Source: Nitrosopumilus sp. (GTDB lineage: Archaea; Thermoproteota; Nitrososphaeria; Nitrososphaerales; Nitrosopumilaceae). From it: a stretch of DNA of 64,000 nucleotides. Both the position numbers and the translations under genes were made by a program. Location of the stretch: contig CBDBGZ010000009.1 of assembly GCA_965205425.1 (NCBI GenBank), positions 64,001 to 128,000 on the forward strand, written 5' to 3'. The notes under the pieces are model-generated. The model made no database searches. It was not told the origin of the DNA and saw only the letters and a list, made by a program, of their open reading frames with translations. Below are positions 28,876-37,343 of the stretch, one piece after another; the first letter of the stretch is position 1; each line of letters starts with the position of its first letter.

Positions 28876-29970
28876 TTGGAAACAAGAATAGTTTTCCACA
28901 TAGATTTTGACTATTTTTATGCCCAGTGTGAAGAAACAAGGGCTCCCGAACTAAAATCCAAACCAGTATGTGTTTGTGTTTTTTCAGATAGAGGTGGAGA
29001 TAGTGGAGCAATTGCAACTGCAAATTATACAGCAAGAAAATATGGAGTAAAATCTGGAATACCAATTGCATTTGCAAAAAAAAGATTGGAAGAGAGAAAT
29101 GATGCAGTGTTTTTACCGGTTGATTTTGATTTGTACTCAGACATTTCTGAAAAAGCAATGGAGATTATGAAAGAAAATGCAGATATTTTTGAATATGTAG
29201 GTCGGGATGAAGCATATTTGGATGTAACAGAAAGAGTGGGAGGAAATTTTGAAAAAGCAAGTCATCTTGCTCAACAAATTAAAAATTCCATAAGGGATAA
29301 AATAAAACTTAGTTGTTCAATTGGGATTTCACCTAACAAGCTTATTTCAAAGATAGCATCTGATTTCCAAAAACCAGATGGATTAACAATAGTTTCGCCT
29401 GAAAAAATTGAAGCTTTTTTAGATCCATTAAAAATTAGAACAATCCCAGGAATAGGTAAAAAAACTGAAGAAAAGTTTTCAGAGATGAAGTTAGAAACAA
29501 TTCAAGATTTAAAAAAAATAGACATTTTTACATTAAACAAATTTTTTGGTAGAAAGACAGGAGCTTACATTCACAATGCAGCAAGAGGAACAGATAATGA
29601 ACCAGTTAAAGAACGTGAAGCTCATATCCAGTACAGTAAAATTATGACATTGAAACAAGATTCAAAAGATTATGTATTTTTATCAGAAAATATTTTAGAA
29701 TTATGTAAAGAAGTCTATAGTGTAGTTAAGAAAAACAATCAAATGTTCAAATCAGTTGGAATACATTTTGTCCAGTCAGACTTATCAAATAAATCAAAAT
29801 CTAGAATGTTAAGAAATCCCATATCAAGCATTGAAGAATTGGAAAGAACAGCTGATCAATTATTAAAAGAAGCACTAGAAAATCAAACCATCACAATCAG
29901 AAGATTAGGAGTAAAGGTATCAGAACTTTCAGATGTACAAGGTCAAAGTGACATCACTTCTTATTTTTAG
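28876..29970 (+). CDS. dinB: DNA polymerase IV (Y family)
   Basis: HIDFDYFYAQ, TANYTARKYG, DEAYLD, SKIASDFQKPDG and C-terminal PIP-like QSDITSYF. Confidence 0.95.
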   Translation: METRIVFHIDFDYFYAQCEETRAPELKSKPVCVCVFSDRGGDSGAIATANYTARKYGVKSGIPIAFAKKRLEERNDAVFLPVDFDLYSDISEKAMEIMKENADIFEYVGRDEAYLDVTERVGGNFEKASHLAQQIKNSIRDKIKLSCSIGISPNKLISKIASDFQKPDGLTIVSPEKIEAFLDPLKIRTIPGIGKKTEEKFSEMKLETIQDLKKIDIFTLNKFFGRKTGAYIHNAARGTDNEPVKEREAHIQYSKIMTLKQDSKDYVFLSENILELCKEVYSVVKKNNQMFKSVGIHFVQSDLSNKSKSRMLRNPISSIEELERTADQLLKEALENQTITIRRLGVKVSELSDVQGQSDITSYF

Positions 29971-29973
29971 AAG

Positions 29974-30894
29974 TTATTTTTCAGATTTTTTGAGTCGTCT
30001 AGATTCAATCAAAATTACTACCAAAATGAATGCAAATAGCCATGGCAAGAACATTATTTCGCCTGCAACTTCATGATATTTTTCCCACGCAACAGGATCA
30101 GTCGTGACTTTAAGAGCATACCAAGATAATGAGAAAATTCGAATTAGATTAACAGTAATTGTTCCAATGATTCCTAAAATAAAATAAACTGCTTTTCTAT
30201 TTCTTGGAATATTTAATTTTAACATAAATGCACCTATGACTAGTGAAAAAATGATTATGCTATGAACACCAGCTGATGGCCAAAATACTTGTAGAGCCAT
30301 TGAACCATGTTCTCCACGCAAAAACATTACATTGTCACGTGCAACTGCAGTTCCAAGATCAAGTACGGTAATTAACCAAACATTTGCTTGAACAAAATAT
30401 GGAACAACATATTGTAATGGTCCAAGTGTATCATATGGGAAAAATGCATCAAGTGAAAGTATGATAGCAGTTCCAGTTAAAAAAATAGGACCAGCAGGAG
30501 CAATTCGAATCCAACGTTTTCCAAAGAAAATACTCAGAGCAGCAACAATAAAGATAGCCATAACAACAAAATCCCACATCCAAGTCCAAGAATCAATTAA
30601 TTGTACATCAAAGGATTCAGCAGATGCAACAATGTATTCTCTTAATCCATATTCTAGTGAAATAAGGAATGCAATAGTGGCCATAGCCATAGGGATTACA
30701 GCAAGAAGTTTTTTCTTTGAAATGACAATTTTTAGACCTATTAATTCAGCAACTACAAAAATAATTGCAAAAATATAGCCACCTCGACCCTCATTCCAGC
30801 TTAAAGATATAGAATCAGGAAATGCAATCATGGCAAAAAGAATTGGACTAGAAATTATGAAAATTCCAAAAATTAAATTCCAATTCTTCATCAA
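29974..30894 (-). CDS. Thaumarchaeosortase (exosortase/archaeosortase family)
   Basis: Multi-TM protein with VFWPSAG, NLIRI and YHEVAG motifs. Confidence 0.75.
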   Translation of the reverse strand: MMKNWNLIFGIFIISSPILFAMIAFPDSISLSWNEGRGGYIFAIIFVVAELIGLKIVISKKKLLAVIPMAMATIAFLISLEYGLREYIVASAESFDVQLIDSWTWMWDFVVMAIFIVAALSIFFGKRWIRIAPAGPIFLTGTAIILSLDAFFPYDTLGPLQYVVPYFVQANVWLITVLDLGTAVARDNVMFLRGEHGSMALQVFWPSAGVHSIIIFSLVIGAFMLKLNIPRNRKAVYFILGIIGTITVNLIRIFSLSWYALKVTTDPVAWEKYHEVAGEIMFLPWLFAFILVVILIESRRLKKSEK

Positions 30895-30979
30895 ATTAAA
30901 TCTAAAAAAGGCAAATAAATATCTGGACTTTACTAATTTTTAAAATTCATCAAAATCTAATAGAAATTTGGGATGGATG

Positions 30980-31087
30980 CTAATCTTCAGCATCTTCAAT
31001 TTCATCAGCTTCTGGATCTCTCCTACTTGGCCTAATTGGTACATAGATGAATGTCACAGTAACTCTTGAAATGACTGAAAGATACAT
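30980..31087 (-). CDS. Possible small acidic peptide (35 aa)
   Basis: MYLSVISRVTVTFIYVPIRPSRRDPEADEIEDAED* fills the intergenic gap. Confidence 0.3.
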   Translation of the reverse strand: MYLSVISRVTVTFIYVPIRPSRRDPEADEIEDAED

Positions 31088-31130
31088 TCCAAGGTTACAA
31101 AAATTTGCCCATTTGGTAATTTCTTATCAA

Positions 31131-31616
31131 TTAGGAATTTGGATCAAATTTGCATTCAATTTTCAAGGATTTTACAGTTGTAAAGTAAGTAATAGTAAGA
31201 ATTCCTATTGCAATTATTCTAATTGGAATTTCATAATTTGTTAGAAATGCCGTAGCAGTGGCTCCAACTGAACCAAATGTAGAGATCACGGCAAATCCTA
31301 TTGGGCCACAGCTACATGCACCAGCAGCAGCACCAATGATTGAACCAAAAATTCCTCCACTCATTTTTTGTTTTGATTTTTTTAGGATATTTATACGAAA
31401 AATGTTCATAGGTAAAACTAATGCAGAAAGTGCAGAGATGGTTAAAATTAATATAAATCCAAATTCAGTTCCCGAAGGAATATGACTAACGACATAAGGT
31501 TCCAAAAAAATGTATTCAGATAAAATTAACAATCCAATCATCATAGATGAAAAAATTACAAATGCCAGAAGAAGGTATTTTGGATTTGAAAATACTAAAC
31601 TAATTACCGATGTCAT
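31131..31616 (-). CDS. Membrane protein with CxC motif, coupled to DsbA
   Basis: About four TM helices; GACSCGP; abuts the DsbA stop. Confidence 0.75.
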   Translation of the reverse strand: MTSVISLVFSNPKYLLLAFVIFSSMMIGLLILSEYIFLEPYVVSHIPSGTEFGFILILTISALSALVLPMNIFRINILKKSKQKMSGGIFGSIIGAAAGACSCGPIGFAVISTFGSVGATATAFLTNYEIPIRIIAIGILTITYFTTVKSLKIECKFDPNS

Positions 31617-32279
31617 CTAGACCATAGAATCCAATACTTGTTTGAACACAGAAAATGGTTGTGCACCTCCAAGTTGTTGTTGTCCATCAGGGCCTACAAT
31701 AAAGAAACCAGGAGTTCCCCTCACACCATGATCTCTTGCTTGTTGAACATTGTACTGGACACGTTTTGAATATTTTCCAGAATCAAGACAACTTTCAAAT
31801 AAATCCATATCAAGTCCCAAGCTAAAAGCAAATGCCTTTAGTCGCTCGTTATTTGCCCATCCACCATCAATTTTTGATTCTTGTGAATTATAAAGTATAT
31901 CATGATATTCCCAATACATTTCTTGATCTTCTGCACAGTATGAAGCTTGAGCAGCTTTTGGAGAATCACGTCCTAAAAATGCCAAATCAACAAAAACTAA
32001 ATTTGCTTTTCCAGTTTCAATATAATCTTCAAAGATTGCAGGTTTTGTGTCATGGAACCAATTGTAGCATTGATGACATTGATAATCTCCGAATTCAACA
32101 ATAGTAATTGGTGCAGACGGATCACCTAAGATAGGCGAGCCCATAGCAGTAGAAATTGTGCCATGAGATCTTTCCATATCTAAATTAACAGTTTCAGAAG
32201 TAGATGCAGACAAAGATGCGGCAACTCCAGCAATTATAGCAATAATTATGACGCCTATAACTAGACCTTTTTTATTCAT
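31617..32279 (-). CDS. DsbA-family thiol-disulfide oxidoreductase
   Basis: EFGDYQCHQC and GVRGTP motifs; N-terminal anchor. Confidence 0.92.
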   Translation of the reverse strand: MNKKGLVIGVIIIAIIAGVAASLSASTSETVNLDMERSHGTISTAMGSPILGDPSAPITIVEFGDYQCHQCYNWFHDTKPAIFEDYIETGKANLVFVDLAFLGRDSPKAAQASYCAEDQEMYWEYHDILYNSQESKIDGGWANNERLKAFAFSLGLDMDLFESCLDSGKYSKRVQYNVQQARDHGVRGTPGFFIVGPDGQQQLGGAQPFSVFKQVLDSMV

Positions 32280-32311
32280 AATTCAAAACAGATAGGGCAG
32301 GTTAAAAAAAC

Positions 32312-32506
32312 TTATTCCAAATTACGGGATGATTTTCGTCTGAAGAGGTTTACAAATTTTGCAATGGCAGTATCAATTGGACAAACTTCACATGAAACAC
32401 TAGAAGAATGACCATCAAGATGTTTTTCAAATTTTTCACGAGATTCTAAAATGAGATCACATTTTTCACAATACACTTTGGCAATGTTATTTTTTGTCAC
32501 AATCAT
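32312..32506 (-). CDS. Small C2H2 zinc-finger protein
   Basis: CEKC-x12-HLDGH plus CEVC. Confidence 0.7.
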   Translation of the reverse strand: MIVTKNNIAKVYCEKCDLILESREKFEKHLDGHSSSVSCEVCPIDTAIAKFVNLFRRKSSRNLE

Positions 32507-32550
32507 TTTGAGTAATTAGTGCTTATAAAGATCCTGTTGAAAATCAACAT

Positions 32551-32820
32551 ATGAGAAAAATTGTAGATACATTAGTAACAGGATTTTTCATAGTTTTGTT
32601 AGGAACATTATGGTATTGTACAAAATGTTTTGTCAAACCAACTAAATACAAAATTATCATTTATGATGTTTTAGGAAATCAAGTAAATGTTGATGGAATT
32701 AGAACAAGTTTTAACACACCAAAAGTCGCAAATAATTACATTTTTGAATATCAGAATAGATTCGCTCAGTATAATTTTTCAATGGCATCAGAAATGCCAA
32801 TCATTAAAAAAATTGGTTAA
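32551..32820 (+). CDS. Hypothetical membrane-anchored protein
   Basis: N-terminal TM helix; fills the gap between genes. Confidence 0.6.
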   Translation: MRKIVDTLVTGFFIVLLGTLWYCTKCFVKPTKYKIIIYDVLGNQVNVDGIRTSFNTPKVANNYIFEYQNRFAQYNFSMASEMPIIKKIG

Positions 32821-32836
32821 TTAAAAAATTAAAAAT

Positions 32837-33208
32837 TTAAAGATAATGAATTCTCATATGAACATTCAACTCAACTTGATATTGAGTTACATATCCACAA
32901 TGAGTACATGAAAACAATCCAGGTTGAGATTCACTTTCTGTTTTCTCTATTACTCTCCCAGAAATTGATGTGATGTTAATTATATCATTATTTGAGATCA
33001 CAGCAAAATTACTACCCTCATCTATTGAATCCAAATATCCCTTTATTGCAGAAATTACTTTAGTAGTATCAATAATCTCATCGTCATCTAAGGATGATAA
33101 AGTAAATTGATTGTTCTTTAAAGTAGGAATTGCAGCTACCTCATCTGCCACATATACAAGTAAGTCATTCTTTATTGAGACTACATCTTTACAATCAATA
33201 GTAAGCAT
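32837..33208 (-). CDS. Protein with C-terminal C2H2 zinc finger
   Basis: CTHC-x12-HMRIH. Confidence 0.75.
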   Translation of the reverse strand: MLTIDCKDVVSIKNDLLVYVADEVAAIPTLKNNQFTLSSLDDDEIIDTTKVISAIKGYLDSIDEGSNFAVISNNDIINITSISGRVIEKTESESQPGLFSCTHCGYVTQYQVELNVHMRIHYL

Positions 33209-33291
33209 AAGATAAGGTTAGTTGAATCAATATTTTAGTTTAACATTCATAGAAAATGATTATTATGGATTAAGATTGTAAATTAAATTAC

Positions 33292-33678
33292 ATGGGAGAT
33301 TCAGAAACATTCGGAATTGAAAAAGGTCATGGAGAAGAAGTTATCTCATGGTTAAATGAACAATCTAACTCTCAATCCATGAAACTGGAAGCCAGATTGT
33401 ATGGATATACTGTAACAACTGAAAATTTTGGAGATTTTGAAATGTTTTCATGGATTGGAGATGTACAAAATGCAAGGAAAATGATTATCAAAGCAAGTAA
33501 AAGATTCAAAGTGAAAGTTATCGAGGGAGGATACAAACCTAAAGAAAAAATTTTCAAAATGAAAAAATTTGATTTTGCCAAAGTCAAAAAAGGGGATAAA
33601 ACAATTGGACAATTACAATTTGCAGCATCAAGATTTGGTAACAAAAATTGGGAAATTCAAGATGAAGAACGCCATTAA
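33292..33678 (+). CDS. Hypothetical protein
   Basis: 128-aa ORF with typical codon usage. Confidence 0.7.
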   Translation: MGDSETFGIEKGHGEEVISWLNEQSNSQSMKLEARLYGYTVTTENFGDFEMFSWIGDVQNARKMIIKASKRFKVKVIEGGYKPKEKIFKMKKFDFAKVKKGDKTIGQLQFAASRFGNKNWEIQDEERH

Positions 33679-33702
33679 CAGTAGAATATCGGAGAGATTT
33701 TA

Positions 33703-34575
33703 ATGAAAAAAATAGGAATAATTGGATTGGGAATGCTAGGTAATGCAGTAGCATTACATCTGTTAAATTCAAATTTTGAAATAATTGCATATAACAGAAC
33801 AAAAGAAAAAACAAACGAGTTAAAAGAAAAAGGAGCAACTATCGTTTCAGATCCAAAAGAAGTTGCAGAAAAATCAGAGTTGGTAATCATAGTAGTAAAA
33901 GATGCAGATGCAGTAAAACAAGTTTCATTTGAAGAAAGTGGAATCATCAGAGGAAATCATGAGGGATTAATTGTGGCAGATATGAGTACAATTGACCCAT
34001 CAGAATCAAAAAATATTTCAAAAAAATTTCTAGAACAGGGCATAAACAAACTAGACATTCCAGTAATGGGAGGGCCCAATGTTGCAATTACAGGGGATTT
34101 GGTCATGATGGCATCAGGAGATAGAGATAGTTTTGAGCAGTGTAAAACAGTGTTTGACACCATTGCAAGTAAAGTGTTTCATCTTGGAGACAGTGGAGTA
34201 GCGCATTCGGTAAAATTAGCAATGAATCTTCAAATTACCATGTTAGCATTGTCATTATCTGAAGGTATTACACTTGTAAAAAACGCAGGGGGGGATCCCA
34301 AAATATTTCTTGGAATTTTAAACTCTACATATTTCAAAACAGGAATGAGTGAAAAAAAGGCGTACAAAATGATTGAAGGGAAATACGATGCAACATTCAC
34401 TCTTGCTAATTTGAAAAAAGATATCACCACAATGACAAATACAGCAAAATCTCTAGGAATTGAACTACCAATGATTAGCAAAGCTGAAGAAGTATATGAA
34501 AACGCAATCAAAGAAGGTCTTGGAGATATAGATTATACAGGAATTATTGAATATCTCAAAAAAATTAATGGATAA
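33703..34575 (+). CDS. beta-Hydroxyacid dehydrogenase (3-hydroxyisobutyrate/6PGD family)
   Basis: GIIGLGMLG, YNRT, DMST, DIPVMGG and VKLAMN motifs. Confidence 0.9.
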   Translation: MKKIGIIGLGMLGNAVALHLLNSNFEIIAYNRTKEKTNELKEKGATIVSDPKEVAEKSELVIIVVKDADAVKQVSFEESGIIRGNHEGLIVADMSTIDPSESKNISKKFLEQGINKLDIPVMGGPNVAITGDLVMMASGDRDSFEQCKTVFDTIASKVFHLGDSGVAHSVKLAMNLQITMLALSLSEGITLVKNAGGDPKIFLGILNSTYFKTGMSEKKAYKMIEGKYDATFTLANLKKDITTMTNTAKSLGIELPMISKAEEVYENAIKEGLGDIDYTGIIEYLKKING

Positions 34576-34640
34576 AATAAACCAAAATCATGAATAGAAT
34601 TCAACAAAAATTCTATAAGTTATGAATACAGTATAAAATT

Positions 34641-35402
34641 ATGCGATTAAATGAAAAAGTTGCCATAGTCACTGGAGCATCAAGTGACATTGGGAAAGGT
34701 ATTGCCAAGAGATTTGCTAAAGAAGGAGCCAAAGTTATCCTAGTTGCCAGGAATTTAGAGCAGTTAGAAGCCACTAGAAAAGAAATTGGTAATGAAGAAT
34801 TAACCGCATCCATATCTTGTGATTTAACTGATGAGTCCCAAGTATTGCAAGCTGTAAATCAGATAATGGACACATATGGAAAAATCGATATTTTAGTAAA
34901 TAATGCAGGAGCGATTAATGATCCAATACATTTTCATGAAATGCAAGATTCAGAAATTAAAAAATTGATTGATGTGAACTTGTTAGGAGTATTCCACATG
35001 ACAAAAGCGGTATTATCAAAGATGTCAGATGTTAAAAATGGTGCAATAGTAAATGTGGGCTCAATTTCTAGTGAAAGGGCAATTCCAAGAGTACACTTGG
35101 CAGTTTATTCATCTACAAAAGCTGCAATTTCGATGTTTACAAAATCAATTGCAGTAGAATATGCCAGAAGAAACATTAGATGTAATTGTGTAAATCCAGG
35201 AATTATTAATTCAGGAATGATAAAACCATATCTTGATGATCCACAAGCAAGAAAAGTTCTTGAAGAAAGATTACCGCTTGCAAGAGTAGGAGAACCAGAA
35301 GATGTAGCAAATGCGGCATTGTATTTGACTTCAGATGAAGCAAATTGGGTTACAGGAACCATTCTAAATGTAGATGGCGGTAAAACAGCTTCAGAAGGAT
35401 GA
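34641..35402 (+). CDS. SDR-family oxidoreductase
   Basis: [17 protein letters not shown] and VDGG motifs. Confidence 0.92.
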   Translation: MRLNEKVAIVTGASSDIGKGIAKRFAKEGAKVILVARNLEQLEATRKEIGNEELTASISCDLTDESQVLQAVNQIMDTYGKIDILVNNAGAINDPIHFHEMQDSEIKKLIDVNLLGVFHMTKAVLSKMSDVKNGAIVNVGSISSERAIPRVHLAVYSSTKAAISMFTKSIAVEYARRNIRCNCVNPGIINSGMIKPYLDDPQARKVLEERLPLARVGEPEDVANAALYLTSDEANWVTGTILNVDGGKTASEG

Positions 35403-35435
35403 AAATCTTAAATTTAAAATTCACATATAGAATAT

Positions 35436-35633
35436 GTGGCAACTAGAGATGATCTCAAAAATGACATTCTAAAAGCTACAGACGAACAGCAAAAATTGAT
35501 GATTTTAAGGAAACCATATCTAGGTTCAAAAGACAATGAAGACCAAATGAATGCATTTAGAATAACCACTCAAATAATGAAATATGAAGATTTCATCAGA
35601 GACACAGAAAAGCAACTTAGAGTAATGGAATAA
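35436..35633 (+). CDS. Small coiled-coil hypothetical protein
   Basis: 65-aa ORF downstream of a TATA-like TTTAAA. Confidence 0.65.
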   Translation: MATRDDLKNDILKATDEQQKLMILRKPYLGSKDNEDQMNAFRITTQIMKYEDFIRDTEKQLRVME

Positions 35634-35648
35634 TTTTACATAAACAAA

Positions 35649-35768
35649 TCAAGATGAAGAGATCTTATTTTTCTTAGAGTATGCGCGATAACTAAATCCA
35701 GTGATCAACATTACAATTCCAGTGAGAGCAGACCATATAGCAAACGATCCAAATTCAGATTCATCCAT
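35649..35768 (-). CDS. Single-TM micro-protein (39 aa)
   Basis: MDESEFGSFAIWSALTGIVMLITGFSYRAYSKKNKISSS*; TM followed by a basic tail. Confidence 0.55.
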   Translation of the reverse strand: MDESEFGSFAIWSALTGIVMLITGFSYRAYSKKNKISSS

Positions 35769-35867
35769 AATTTACTGCAGATAGATAACCATCTAAAGTT
35801 TAGGTTGAGAATAGATAATTCTCCAAAAGTATGAAACATCTAAATAGATTTGATACGGATGGAATTT

Positions 35868-36077
35868 ATGCCTGAATTTACATGTCCAGACTGTGGAAAA
35901 CGGCTATTTCATGAAAATGAAACAACATTAAAAATTGAAGAGACAATCCACTCTAAATTCTGTAGAAAAACAGAAGGGGAAACTCATAGCTTTATGCACA
36001 GAGATCCAGGACATATGGAAACCTTTGATGCTGAAAGAGAAAATGACACTACAGGTACTCCAGTATTAAAAAAGTAA
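35868..36077 (+). CDS. Small zinc-finger protein
   Basis: MPEFTCPDCG...HSKFC (C2HC pattern). Confidence 0.65.
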   Translation: MPEFTCPDCGKRLFHENETTLKIEETIHSKFCRKTEGETHSFMHRDPGHMETFDAERENDTTGTPVLKK

Positions 36078-36128
36078 ACTAGACGTTTACCTCAAAATTA
36101 TATCCTAGGTCAATATGATTCAAATTAA

Positions 36129-37343
36129 TTGTCTGAAGAATACCATTATGATTTAGTAGTTGTAGGAGGAGGACCAGCTGGATCCTCAGCAGCATTTTCT
36201 GCAGCAAAAAATGGAATCAAAGTAGCTTTGATTGAGAAAGAAAATTCAATTGCAGAAACAGTAAGAACTAGTGGGGTTACATGGATTCAAAATATCAAAG
36301 AATTTGGGATTCCAGATGATTGTTTTAATCCAATCAAAAATTTTTCATTTTGTTCTCCTAATAACGAAGTCACAATAAGTGATGTAGTGCCAAGAGCTGC
36401 AGTTTTAGATGTAAGAAAAACATACAGATGGTTAGCAAATGAAGCAGAAAAAATAGGTGCAGATATTTTTGTTAAAACAAATATTAAAGATATAATCAAA
36501 AATGAAAAAGGAGATATCATAGGAGTCAAAGGAATCGGAGTTAATGGAGAAGTAACATTCCATTCCAAAGTAGTTATTGACGCCAGTGGTTTTCAATCAA
36601 CAGTTTGCAAAGCCATGGGATTTGCATCTCAATGGGAACGATTTGGAGCAGGTGCAGAATATGAAGTAGAAGCAGAAAATGTAGATTCTGAAACCTGGTG
36701 GTTAATGGTGGGGCAAGAATATTCACCTGCAGGTTATGCTTGGATTTTTCCTTTAGGAAATAATATTGTCAGAATTGGTGTAGGAGTTGGAAAACCAGAA
36801 TCAAATGTAGATCCTACTCAAAGACTAAAGGAGATTATGGAGAAAAAACTGGGCCCTATCAAAAAATTAGGAAAATTAAAGGAGATTGAATTTCATTATG
36901 GATTAATTCCCAACGACGGATTATCTAGAAAAACAGTTTTCAATAATTTAATTTTGGTGGGAGATTCAGCAGGACAAGCAAATCCATTAGTTTTGGAAGG
37001 GATAAGATATGCCATAAAATTTGGAAGAGTTGCAGGGAAAGTAGCATCAGATGCAATAAAATCAGGCACCACAGATAGAAAATCCCTCAACCCATACGAA
37101 GAAAATTGGAGAAAAGAGATTGAAACTAAAATTAATTCAGCAGGTAAAGTTCAGGACAGATGGATTGGATTAACAGATGAAGAGTGGGATAAAGAATTGG
37201 ACATCATCAAGGAATTAAAATCTGAAGAATTTATTGAATTCATTAAAGCAGATTTTAGATTATCAAACATGATCAAATTAGCAACACATCACCCAAAATT
37301 GGCAGTTAGACAATTGTTTAATCTAGTTAAAGGGGGAAAATAA
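36129..37343 (+). CDS. Geranylgeranyl reductase family (DGGGPL reductase-like)
   Basis: GGGPAG, PAGYAWIFP and GDSAGQANPLVLEGI motifs. Confidence 0.88.
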   Translation: MSEEYHYDLVVVGGGPAGSSAAFSAAKNGIKVALIEKENSIAETVRTSGVTWIQNIKEFGIPDDCFNPIKNFSFCSPNNEVTISDVVPRAAVLDVRKTYRWLANEAEKIGADIFVKTNIKDIIKNEKGDIIGVKGIGVNGEVTFHSKVVIDASGFQSTVCKAMGFASQWERFGAGAEYEVEAENVDSETWWLMVGQEYSPAGYAWIFPLGNNIVRIGVGVGKPESNVDPTQRLKEIMEKKLGPIKKLGKLKEIEFHYGLIPNDGLSRKTVFNNLILVGDSAGQANPLVLEGIRYAIKFGRVAGKVASDAIKSGTTDRKSLNPYEENWRKEIETKINSAGKVQDRWIGLTDEEWDKELDIIKELKSEEFIEFIKADFRLSNMIKLATHHPKLAVRQLFNLVKGGK

